Shown piece by piece: positions 16,278 through 24,723 of a stretch of 24,770 bases of DNA. Origin of the DNA: a virus (taxonomy: Duplodnaviria; Caudoviricetes); IMG/VR virus record IMGVR_UViG_3300020045_010341, positions 1 to 24,770 of that record; one strand, written 5' to 3'. The translations under genes were made by a program, and so were the position numbers. Numbering within the stretch: the stretch's first letter is position 1; each line of letters opens with the position of its first letter. Under the pieces are notes generated by a model. The model worked only from the letters and a program-made list of their open reading frames with translations. It searched no databases and was not told where the DNA came from.

Positions 16278-16724
16278 ATGAGTTTTCAAGCTGAAATAGA
16301 TCGAATTGAAAGCGTAAAAGCTAAGATACTAAGCACACAAGGCCAAAGGGTTTTAACTATAGCCTTTGATCTTTCGGCGCTCATAAAGCTACGTATCCAG
16401 ACAAGCGGCGAAAATTCGCAAGGTTCACCACTTCCGGCGTACACGCCGTTTACCGTGCGAAGCCGTAAAGCAAAGGGGTATCAAGTCGGATACGTGGATT
16501 ACACACAAACCGGGCAACTTTGGGCAAGTGTTGGGCCTCGAATGATTACAGAGGGGAACGGGCTTTCCACCGTAGTCATTGAATCCAGGAACCAGCGCGG
16601 CAAAGACATTTTAACCAAGGCAGAGCCAAAGCGGGGAAACCTACTTTTGGCTTCTTCCGATGAAATCAAGTTCGCGCAAGACGCATACACAAAGGGCATT
16701 GAACTCCTTTTAGCCTCAATTTAA
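16278..16724 (+). CDS. Virion morphogenesis / neck-tail completion protein (putative)
   Basis: GENSQGSPLPAYT..T...RKAKG...VDYTQTGQLWAS resembles the Mu gpG / P2 gpS-like pattern. ATG at 16278. Confidence 0.6.
   Translation: MSFQAEIDRIESVKAKILSTQGQRVLTIAFDLSALIKLRIQTSGENSQGSPLPAYTPFTVRSRKAKGYQVGYVDYTQTGQLWASVGPRMITEGNGLSTVVIESRNQRGKDILTKAEPKRGNLLLASSDEIKFAQDAYTKGIELLLASI
16408..16419. repeat. GCGAAAATTCGC palindrome, copy 2 (intragenic)
   Basis: Exact 12-mer match to the copies at 10443 and 21441. Confidence 0.6.
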
Positions 16725-16725
16725 A

Positions 16726-17613
16726 ATGGTATCAGTTATTGCAGACGTACTCAAAGCAAGCCTAACCGACTTTCAATGGATGGAAAGATTCGGCGGGCTT
16801 GTCGTGCAAGCCACGCGCCCAATATTCAAGCAGGGTGCAGACGGCGTGCAGGTAATGACTGGCAGCCAGGTATACCCCGTTGCGTGTGACGTAAACATGG
16901 AGGACTGCTGGGAAAGCGGAAAATTTAAACACTTTGAGCCTGACAGAAAAAAAGCCGCCATTGCTTTTTTTGTAGACAATGGAGGCTGTACCCTTAAAAG
17001 TATCGAAGGCCCAAAGAATGCTTTTTGTAAGTTCACTTTTGATCTAAAGTTCCTGTGCTGGATGAATACGGCAAGGCTTGGGACATCCATTACGGGCGGC
17101 GGCTGTTTGCCGTCTGGCAGAATCGCGCCGTATGTTTTTGCGAACCTGCAAGGCAATCACACGGCGGTAGGCAAGTTCGGTGGAGCCATCGAAGAGCTTA
17201 TTTACCAAGCCATTGAGGTGACAAGTATCAGACTTTTACCTAAATCGCCTTCCATGTTTGAGCCGTTTACATTCGCTAGCGAGGGCATCAGTAAAAATCA
17301 CTTCATATACCCATACGATTTTTTTGGCCTAAACATCCAAGGCACATTCGTTATAAACAAAAACTGTTTACCTTCATTTGGCGACGGGTGGACACCGTCT
17401 ATTGGATGCCTTGCGCCCGCTGGGAATATAAACTGGTTTAGTCGTGAGGCCGCGCTTTACTTGGCTGGTCGCCCAGTGTTCAACAGTAATGAAGACGCTT
17501 TGGCCGGGATACTGCCAAGCGGGGCAAGTACTACTCCGTTGGAGATTGGCGAAGACTATTGGGGTTCATCTAGTCACGTGGCTTTTGCCGACGCATTTTT
17601 AAGGGTTGTATAA
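16726..17613 (+). CDS. Virion structural protein (possible tail terminator) with a short C-terminal module
   Basis: 295 aa following the neck-like gene. Its C-terminal ~55 aa resemble the next small ORF. Confidence 0.6.
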   Translation: MVSVIADVLKASLTDFQWMERFGGLVVQATRPIFKQGADGVQVMTGSQVYPVACDVNMEDCWESGKFKHFEPDRKKAAIAFFVDNGGCTLKSIEGPKNAFCKFTFDLKFLCWMNTARLGTSITGGGCLPSGRIAPYVFANLQGNHTAVGKFGGAIEELIYQAIEVTSIRLLPKSPSMFEPFTFASEGISKNHFIYPYDFFGLNIQGTFVINKNCLPSFGDGWTPSIGCLAPAGNINWFSREAALYLAGRPVFNSNEDALAGILPSGASTTPLEIGEDYWGSSSHVAFADAFLRVV

Positions 17614-17750
17614 TGAGCCAATTTCAATTAAAATTTAAGGCTTGGCTTGCCAGCCTACCGGAATATACAAGCAATGAAGCCGCCAGGGCAGCAAACTACC
17701 CCGTGGGGTGGCCGTACTGGAATAAAGAGCGGCTTTTAAAGGTTGTCTAA
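17613..17750 (+). CDS. 45-aa protein similar to the C-terminus of the upstream gene product
   Basis: MSQFQLKFKAWLASLPEYTSNEAARAANYPVGWPYWNKERLLKVV; TAATG-coupled at both ends. Confidence 0.75.
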   Translation: MSQFQLKFKAWLASLPEYTSNEAARAANYPVGWPYWNKERLLKVV

Positions 17751-18055
17751 TGATTTTAACCATAACCATATCGCTTTGGTCTTACCTTTTTTGCGGCCCG
17801 TGGTCGGAACCCGGAAAGGTTTTCGCTTGGCTCCGCAAGATCGTAACAACCAAAGCCCCGTACTGGATCGCACACCCATTCATTGAATGCGCGATGTGCC
17901 ATGCGGTATGGATTTCAATTTTTTACCAAACCTACAATTTTTATCAAGGCGGTTCTTTCGGGTCTTCAAATGTGCTTTCTGTTTTATCGGCAAGCTTTTT
18001 GGCGCTACTTCTTACCGACTTTGAAACACTACGAGAAAAATGGAAAAACAGCTAG
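17750..18055 (+). CDS. Small membrane protein with CxxCxxxW (DUF1360-like; holin candidate)
   Basis: Two to three hydrophobic segments; HPFIECAMCHAVW. Confidence 0.6.
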   Translation: MILTITISLWSYLFCGPWSEPGKVFAWLRKIVTTKAPYWIAHPFIECAMCHAVWISIFYQTYNFYQGGSFGSSNVLSVLSASFLALLLTDFETLREKWKNS

Positions 18056-18606
18056 TAAATTTTGAGCGAGACGCAAACAATAACCTGACATACGAACCAT
18101 TTATCGCCAACGGCAAGAAATTCCGGTTTATCAAGCCTGGCGACCCGATTGGGATTGGTAAATGGAGCGAGTATCAGCGCTTACAAATCGTAGTTGGCGG
18201 CGGTGTAACGTTTTCCGAATTGATTACGGGATTACGCGAACACAAAAAAATACTGAGCAGCGACCAGCCGTTTTCAGAAATACGCAGCGAGGCCATCGTG
18301 TGGGCAGATTCGCAAATAAAGGGACTGATTGACCTGAGTAAATCCAGGTACGACAAAGCCTTTTATTTGGCATCAATTTTCATCTATGAAGACGGGAAAG
18401 ACCCGTTGGAATGGAGCCACGACATAGCTGAACAGATGGTTAGAGATTGGGCCGAAGGCGGCGTAAACGAACAAGACTTGTTTTTTTTTGCAATGCTTCA
18501 AATACCAGCTTGGAATCTAGTCTTAAGCGAATTATCAGAGCAGGCAAACAGGGACGCGGGAAGGTCGTTGGTAGATATTTTATTGACAAAAATGAGGGGC
18601 GAATAG
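18040..18606 (+). CDS. Tail assembly chaperone G-like (putative)
   Basis: Lies upstream of the tape measure and contains a T9 slippery run overlapped by a long -1 frame ORF. Confidence 0.6.
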   Translation: MEKQLVNFERDANNNLTYEPFIANGKKFRFIKPGDPIGIGKWSEYQRLQIVVGGGVTFSELITGLREHKKILSSDQPFSEIRSEAIVWADSQIKGLIDLSKSRYDKAFYLASIFIYEDGKDPLEWSHDIAEQMVRDWAEGGVNEQDLFFFAMLQIPAWNLVLSELSEQANRDAGRSLVDILLTKMRGE

Positions 18607-18797
18607 AGTTAGGGTTAGACAGATTCAATAGGGAGTTTCGGTACACCATAGAGTTTGTTTTGCGGACTTCGCCCTATCAATTGCATGACATAATGAAGCT
18701 GGATTGCCTAACTTTTTTCAGACTTGTAAACGAATGCGAGGCCAGGGAAAAAGAATCGATCGAGCAATTAGAAAAACAAACACATGGCGGAGCTTAA
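18481..18797 (+). CDS. -1 frame extension (gpGT-like chaperone C-terminus)
   Basis: Open -1 frame (18447-18797) lacks a good start, spans the T9 run at 18481-18489, fills the gap 18607-18783 and overlaps the tape measure start. Confidence 0.55.
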
Positions 18798-21432
18798 AAT
18801 TACGGCAGACGAAACCGATGTAATCAAGGCGCTTGATAACATCAAGACGGGGCTAACCGAAACCGGAGCAAAAGCGACCGACACGGGCGAAAAAATAGGC
18901 GCGGCTTTTAAAGAAGCCGACGAAGACGCGAAGCGGGCCGCAAAATCAATTGAAGAGTATAAGGCAGCGCAAGACAAGTTGGCGGCGGGTGCGCAAGCCC
19001 GTATAGCCCAAAACAAGTTATTGCAAGAGAGTTTGGCAAAGTACCGCCAAGAACAGCAGGCGATGAATAAGGCCGTAGACGAGGGCGCAAAGAAAAACGT
19101 GGAGGCTGCAAAATCGGTACAGGTTGGAACGGGTGCGCTTAAAGAGAACGCTACCGCCGCCGCATCAAGCGCCAAAAACGTAGGGGGCTTAGCGGGCGCA
19201 GCGGGCGGTTTCCTTCGCGTATTAGGCCCGATTGGGTTAGCGATTGGAGCGGTAGTTGCCGGGCTTAGTAAATTCCAAACAGGATTAGACTTTGTTGGCA
19301 AGGTAACGGCTTCTGTATCTGCGATTTTTACCGTTTTGATTGATCGGCTTGTTGCGGTTGGCACTTCCGTAATTGAGATATTTAAGGGCAATTTCCAAGA
19401 GGCTGCAAGAATCGGGATAGAGGCGCTTTCGGGTTTGCCAGACGCTATTTCAAACGCGGCCACAAAAGCATTTGAATTAGAGGGCCGTGTGCAAGCCCTG
19501 AGGGATGCGCAGTTAGACGCGTCTGTTTCTACCGCAAGGCTGGCAGCGGCAAGCGAAAAGCTCCAGGCCACGGCATCACAAGAAACAAAGAATTATAACG
19601 ACCGGATTGCCGCGCTACGCGCCGCCATATCTCTGGAATCACAAATCGCAGATACGCGGGTTAAGTTTGCCGCGCAAGATGCTGCAATAGCGCGTGAGCA
19701 GTTTGAGATTTCATCAAAGGGCGTAGCAGACAAAGAGGCTTTAATCGCCAAAGAGTTGTTTTTGGTTGATACCCAAAACGCAGCGGATAGAACCCGGATA
19801 GAGTTGATTGGACAGTTGAACCAACTCGAAAAAGAGCGCACGGAGTTCATCAAAAAGAACTTAGAGGATGTTGTAAAGACCATCGACAAGCTAAACCTTG
19901 CGCTGCAAGACGATCCGGTTGAAAAGGAGCTAGTTGCTATCCGACAACGCACAACCGAGCGCGTAAAAGCTGCACAAGAGGCTATTGACAAGCTGGTAGA
20001 GGTTGAAAAACTACGCCCGCTTAATACCGCAGAAATCGCACAGCGTCAAGACCTGCAAGATAAAATAGTTGGCATCATTGAGCAAGGAAACAAGGAAGAG
20101 ATTGACGCCATCCTTGAGGGCGTGCGCAAGCAAAACGAGATTGATGACAAAAGAAACGAGGCCGCAAAAGCATCGGCAGAGAAAAGGAATGATGACGCAC
20201 GGGCGGCGCTAAAAGAGCTTTTAGATCTTCAAAATCAGCAAATCAGTATAACGGAGGCCGAGTTCGACAACCTTATTGCGGTTTTGCGGGCGGGCGGGGC
20301 CAAAGAGGAGGAAATTAAACAGGCGCAAAACGAGTTCGACAAGCGCATAAAAGGCGAACGGATTTCCGCTGAGATCGAATACCAAAAAGGACTTTTGGCG
20401 CTTGTTGGTAACGGAACCGAGGCTGATATTATCCGGGCAAGGATTCAAGAGCTTGGCGTTTTGCTGGAAGGCTTGGCAATTCCAGAACCTAAAGGCAAGG
20501 GAGGAAAAGGTGGAAAGCCTATAACGATTTACGACCTGCTTGGTATTAAATTTGATAATCCTGAAGACCAAGAGGCTTTTGACAAAGCCGTTGGGAAAAT
20601 AGTTGAAGGGTTAAATACTTTAGCGCAAGCAAGGGTAGATGAAGCCGTCGCCGCAACAGAGGCCGCGCAAGCAAAGGTAGACGCGGCGCAAGAGGCATTA
20701 GACAAGGAAAAAGAAAACCTAGACAAAGGGCTAGCAAACAACTTTGATGCCCGTAAAAAAGACCTAGATAACGCCAAGGCTTTGCGCGATGCGGCCCTAA
20801 AAGAAGAGACGAAAGCCAAGAAAGCACAAATTGCACTCGATACGGTCACGCAGTCCGTTGGACTTATCACATCGTCCGTAAACATATTCAAATCGCTTTC
20901 AAGTTTAGGCCCGATTGGTATCGGATTAGCGGTAATCACAATTGGCACAATGCTTGCCGCTTTCGCAGCTACAAAGGCAAAGGCGCTGAAAGCAGCGGAG
21001 CCGCCAAAACTTCGCAAGGGCGCGAAGATTACCGGGCGCACCCACGAGGAAGGCGGCGAACTCAGAGAGCTTGAGCATGGGGAACAAGTAGTAGGAACAT
21101 CAGAGGCTGCCGGGCAAGACACGTTTTTCGAGAATATGCGTAAGGGTAAGTACAAGGGTCTTGACTTGGCTAAATTAGCGGACAATAGGGGTGATTACGA
21201 AAGTCCATTGTCTGGATCGGTTTCAAGGACAGCGGATTTGCAACGCAGACGCGACGCGGCAAACGGCACAATGCACTACAATCTACTTTCAAAAACTTAC
21301 GAAAAGGTTGGCCAGGACATTGTTGCTGCTATTGAGAAAAAACCAATTGCCGCGCCGTGGAAAGGAGGTTACAAGCTGATTAAGGAAACCGGGCATGGAA
21401 CAGACACAAATGTTTTCATTCCAGCAGAATAG
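18784..21432 (+). CDS. Tape measure protein
   Basis: 882 aa, Ala/Glu/Lys coiled-coil-like, with GPIGLAIG-type hydrophobic stretches and a C-terminal KGAKITGRTHEEGG...EHGEQVV motif. Confidence 0.8.
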   Translation: MAELKITADETDVIKALDNIKTGLTETGAKATDTGEKIGAAFKEADEDAKRAAKSIEEYKAAQDKLAAGAQARIAQNKLLQESLAKYRQEQQAMNKAVDEGAKKNVEAAKSVQVGTGALKENATAAASSAKNVGGLAGAAGGFLRVLGPIGLAIGAVVAGLSKFQTGLDFVGKVTASVSAIFTVLIDRLVAVGTSVIEIFKGNFQEAARIGIEALSGLPDAISNAATKAFELEGRVQALRDAQLDASVSTARLAAASEKLQATASQETKNYNDRIAALRAAISLESQIADTRVKFAAQDAAIAREQFEISSKGVADKEALIAKELFLVDTQNAADRTRIELIGQLNQLEKERTEFIKKNLEDVVKTIDKLNLALQDDPVEKELVAIRQRTTERVKAAQEAIDKLVEVEKLRPLNTAEIAQRQDLQDKIVGIIEQGNKEEIDAILEGVRKQNEIDDKRNEAAKASAEKRNDDARAALKELLDLQNQQISITEAEFDNLIAVLRAGGAKEEEIKQAQNEFDKRIKGERISAEIEYQKGLLALVGNGTEADIIRARIQELGVLLEGLAIPEPKGKGGKGGKPITIYDLLGIKFDNPEDQEAFDKAVGKIVEGLNTLAQARVDEAVAATEAAQAKVDAAQEALDKEKENLDKGLANNFDARKKDLDNAKALRDAALKEETKAKKAQIALDTVTQSVGLITSSVNIFKSLSSLGPIGIGLAVITIGTMLAAFAATKAKALKAAEPPKLRKGAKITGRTHEEGGELRELEHGEQVVGTSEAAGQDTFFENMRKGKYKGLDLAKLADNRGDYESPLSGSVSRTADLQRRRDAANGTMHYNLLSKTYEKVGQDIVAAIEKKPIAAPWKGGYKLIKETGHGTDTNVFIPAE

Positions 21433-21440
21433 ACTACTTT

Positions 21441-21452
21441 GCGAAAATTCGC
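21441..21452. repeat. GCGAAAATTCGC palindrome, copy 3
   Basis: Exact 12-mer in the gap between the tape measure and the capsid module. Confidence 0.75.
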
Positions 21453-21463
21453 TAAAAATGTGT

Positions 21464-21491
21464 TTTGTGTTTGAAAAATGGTTTAGTTTTG
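21464..21491 (+). promoter_or_regulatory. Bacteroidota-type promoter for the capsid module
   Basis: Perfect TAnnTTTG (TAGTTTTG) at 21484-21491. TTTG at 21464-21467 gives a spacer of 16, shorter than usual. Confidence 0.5.
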
Positions 21492-21525
21492 CAACTGCAA
21501 AGCATTTCTAACAAAATTTAATGCC

Positions 21526-21774
21526 ATGACATACGCAGAAAAATACGAACAAGTTACCGCCGGGCAACGCCGTCCGCTACCTGGCCGGATTTGGCTAAAA
21601 AACGATGCAATGACGGCGCTAAACCCGGATAACCCGGTGCTTATTAACGTCGAAGAGAAACAGTTTACGGTAAAAAACAGCCCGTACGTGAAGCAAGGCT
21701 ACACCCGTTACGTTCACGAAAAGCCTGTCCCGGCCCCGGTTGAAGCCAAGAAAACGCCAAAAAAAGAAGATTAA
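21526..21774 (+). CDS. Small hypothetical protein (PVEAKK pair, member 1)
   Basis: 82 aa, first gene after the promoter. Confidence 0.75.
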   Translation: MTYAEKYEQVTAGQRRPLPGRIWLKNDAMTALNPDNPVLINVEEKQFTVKNSPYVKQGYTRYVHEKPVPAPVEAKKTPKKED

Positions 21775-21786
21775 AACTCGTTTTAT

Positions 21787-21990
21787 ATGGCACAATGGAT
21801 TCCAACAAACAAGGTAACGGGCGTTTCTTACCCCGCAATTACCGATGAAGAAAAGTCGGCGCATCTTGCAAACCCTTTCTACGCTACAAAATTTCGCTAC
21901 TCGCTTGTGCCTGGTTCTGACAAGCCGAAAGCCTCAGAACCAGTTGAGGCCAAAAAAGTAGAAAAGCAACCAGAAACACCAAAGCAGTAA
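21787..21990 (+). CDS. Small hypothetical protein (PVEAKK pair, member 2)
   Basis: 67 aa; shares spaced motifs with the upstream ORF. Confidence 0.75.
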   Translation: MAQWIPTNKVTGVSYPAITDEEKSAHLANPFYATKFRYSLVPGSDKPKASEPVEAKKVEKQPETPKQ

Positions 21991-22035
21991 AAAAAACAAA
22001 AGCGATTCAGGCGCAATCCTGGAGAACAAAAAAAT

Positions 22036-22995
22036 ATGAGTGAAATACTCTTGAGGAAAGTTGCGTCTAGCCTTAAAATAGATGCAGATGAGTGGATCGC
22101 CTCACTCAAAGACAATGGCGGGGACTTTTTGCCAGAGGACAAAATCGCTAGCGAAATCGTTGGCAAGTTTGCCGAGGCAGCAACAGCAGCCACAGATTCA
22201 GCAAAGGAACGATCTTACAGAAACGGCCAAGCCGAAATGTCTAAGAAGTTCAACAAGCTAATCAAGGGGGCAGGCTTTGAAAACTCAGATAATCTTTCAG
22301 GCGACGAACTTTTTGAAGCCTTCGCGGCTTGGAAAGCAGACGCAGGGCAAGCGCCAAGCGGAACGCCGTTGGATCAACTGAGCAAGGATGAGCTTGAAAA
22401 ATTGCCATTAGTCAAACAATTGAAGCTTGACGCTCAGAAAGCAGCCGCAACAGAGTTTGAACGCCTTAAAAAGGAGTACGATTCTACGGTAACAACTTTC
22501 GAGCAATACAAAGCCAAAGTAGCAGACGATCAAGTAAAAGGCGTAATTCGGTCAAAACTTAGCAACTCCCTGAAAAAAGGGAATGTGATTTTGTCCGTAG
22601 ACGGCTTTGACATTGATCCGCAAGAGCGCGAATCCGCTGTTTTTGAACGCCTTTTGGGCCGTGAAAAGTTTGGTCTTGATAACAACGGAAACCCCGTAGT
22701 ACTTGACGCAGACGGTTCGCCAAAAACAGATTCTTTTGGGAAAACGCTTGATTTTGATGATATTGTACTTGGGATTGCAAAGCCTATGTTTGGGGTATCC
22801 ACCCAAAACCCGGCGCACAGCGGCTCAGGTATGCCACAAAATCAACCCGGTAAACCAACAGGCTACACGCCAACCATGCACTTTGGTAGTCAAGCCGAAA
22901 AAGATAACTACATCATGGGCGAATCAGATCCAGGCAAACGCTTGGAAGCTGAAAAGTCTTGGCAACACCAACAACAAAAGGCTGCTGGCAATTAA
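22036..22995 (+). CDS. Capsid scaffolding protein (putative)
   Basis: Acidic coiled-coil protein with a G/S/P-rich C-terminal linker, directly upstream of the capsid candidate. Confidence 0.7.
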   Translation: MSEILLRKVASSLKIDADEWIASLKDNGGDFLPEDKIASEIVGKFAEAATAATDSAKERSYRNGQAEMSKKFNKLIKGAGFENSDNLSGDELFEAFAAWKADAGQAPSGTPLDQLSKDELEKLPLVKQLKLDAQKAAATEFERLKKEYDSTVTTFEQYKAKVADDQVKGVIRSKLSNSLKKGNVILSVDGFDIDPQERESAVFERLLGREKFGLDNNGNPVVLDADGSPKTDSFGKTLDFDDIVLGIAKPMFGVSTQNPAHSGSGMPQNQPGKPTGYTPTMHFGSQAEKDNYIMGESDPGKRLEAEKSWQHQQQKAAGN

Positions 22996-23047
22996 GCCAG
23001 CCCGAACACTTTGAGCTGGCTACTAACTTGAAAATTAATTCTTTCAA

Positions 23048-24121
23048 ATGGCAGCCGGAGATTTCACCGCTTCAGCCCTCCAAGTTGGGCAAATCAAACT
23101 TGGCGAAATGTTTGCAACACCAAACATTTCACAGACCGAACTTCAAAAGGGTAGCGCTCTTACAGCCCGCGCCCTACTCGCTAAAAACCGCGCCCGCACA
23201 GTTGAACGCCTTGTAGGTGGTAAATGTGTGGGCGTGGAGGCGTACTTTTTGCGTACTCATACCGAAAACGGCCAAGACTTTGACACGCCAACAACGTGCG
23301 CAACCCCTTGCGGCGATGAATCAGAAAGCGTAAAAGGCACATACGATACCGTTGTACTCGCAGAGGCGCAAGGCAAGGTACTCGATAACCGTTGCGATAA
23401 CCTGGTTACGTTTGGCGAAGAGCTTGCCACCGTACAGGCCGCAATGATGGCAGATTTGCGCTTTGAGTTCAACCGCTACGTTGCTATTCCTACGCTTGTT
23501 GCTGCTTCTCAAGCCAACATTGATACGTTCATGGATAGCACATGGGACGGCGTTACAAACACGCCCCGTATCGTTGTACCTACCGCTGACTTTTCTTACG
23601 ACCGTTTCCCTGAGTTCATGACCGTTGCCGCCAATAACAACTTTGGCGACTACATCTTTATTTCTGGACGTTTGATGCACGCTAAAGAATGGATGGCGAT
23701 GATTAACAAAGGGAATGAAGGTTTCCGGGATCAAGCCATTGCTTTTGCACAACAAGAAATGTTCTTCGACTTGCGCGACCTGGATCAAACCGTTGGCCGT
23801 AAGACCTTGTTTGCGGTTGATACAAATTCCTACGCGTTTTGGAACACCGTACGCAATACCCCAACGCCCGTCGCTCAAAACACCGACACGGGCCGCAAAT
23901 GGGTATGGGTGCAAGCCGATCCGTTCATGACGTACAGCCGCGACGGTCGTACTGTTCCAGTTCTTTATGAATTTGAAATGCAAGAAACTTGCGTCGGTCG
24001 TGACGAGCTGAAATTCCAGCAAAATTCGTACTGTCTTTATGGTCGCCTTTTGGGCGGTCTTGAGTTCGCGCCAACAGGCCCGAACGGTGAAAAAGGCGCT
24101 TTGCAATTCTCTAACGAGTAA
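23048..24121 (+). CDS. Major capsid protein (putative)
   Basis: 357 aa following the scaffold-like gene. Size and alpha/beta layout are compatible with an HK97 fold; called on synteny. Confidence 0.7.
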   Translation: MAAGDFTASALQVGQIKLGEMFATPNISQTELQKGSALTARALLAKNRARTVERLVGGKCVGVEAYFLRTHTENGQDFDTPTTCATPCGDESESVKGTYDTVVLAEAQGKVLDNRCDNLVTFGEELATVQAAMMADLRFEFNRYVAIPTLVAASQANIDTFMDSTWDGVTNTPRIVVPTADFSYDRFPEFMTVAANNNFGDYIFISGRLMHAKEWMAMINKGNEGFRDQAIAFAQQEMFFDLRDLDQTVGRKTLFAVDTNSYAFWNTVRNTPTPVAQNTDTGRKWVWVQADPFMTYSRDGRTVPVLYEFEMQETCVGRDELKFQQNSYCLYGRLLGGLEFAPTGPNGEKGALQFSNE

Positions 24122-24181
24122 TTGTAGTGCCTAAAAAAGCAGTATCAATTTCAATTTTTCACAAACAAACACATTTCAACA

Positions 24182-24721
24182 ATGAAATTTCGCCCGCAAT
24201 ATATGTGGATGGTGCTATGCTTAGCGCTGGCATCATTCCTGACATTCTCGGCTTTTGATAAGCAAGAGACGCGACAGGTCGAGTTAACCACCTATGAAGA
24301 CGAATACGGCAACAAAATCACAAAGGATGCAGACGGCAACGTTTACACCGGGTCTGATTACTACGCCGGGTCGAATCAACAAAAAGTGTTTCCGCTTGAT
24401 ACGCTGACAAACGCAGGTACTTACACTACCGCCGTACCGTGGAACATGTCAAGCGCCTACCAATACCAGTATTTTTTCAAGCTGCGAAAAATTGGCGTTA
24501 CGCCCAATATCAAAGTCGTACTAGATGAACGAAACGCGTCTGCATCAAGTATTTGGTCTTCAGTAGACAGCTTCTCCATGTCTGGAGCGGATTCTACAAA
24601 GCTAAACTTCCGACTTCGCGGCACTGACACATACGGCTCATTCCATCGGATACGCTATGTTAAAACCGGAAACGGTAAGGTTGCAAGAAACGTAGAATTT
24701 GTAATTAAAGCCACGGACTAA
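24182..24721 (+). CDS. Signal-peptide-bearing beta-rich protein
   Basis: MKFRPQYMWMVLCLALASFLTFSA N-terminus; C-terminal HRIRYVKTG strand pattern. Confidence 0.65.
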   Translation: MKFRPQYMWMVLCLALASFLTFSAFDKQETRQVELTTYEDEYGNKITKDADGNVYTGSDYYAGSNQQKVFPLDTLTNAGTYTTAVPWNMSSAYQYQYFFKLRKIGVTPNIKVVLDERNASASSIWSSVDSFSMSGADSTKLNFRLRGTDTYGSFHRIRYVKTGNGKVARNVEFVIKATD

Positions 24722-24723
24722 TT

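Noticed and set aside
18768-21185. Long minus-strand ORFs (267, 132, 116 and 218 aa) opposite the tape measure
   Set aside because: Antisense shadows of an Ala/Glu/Lys-rich gene; Ser/Phe/Ala-rich with no motifs.
7255-21432. Genome-wide TAG reassignment (genetic code 15, as in some crAss-like phages)
   Set aside because: All long genes are open under the standard code. TAG appears to be the real stop for the PLD, portal, chaperone and tape measure genes, and only one internal TAG was found.
23321-24106. 261-aa minus-strand ORF opposite the capsid gene
   Set aside because: Best explained as an antisense shadow of a codon-biased gene; no recognisable motifs or expression signals.
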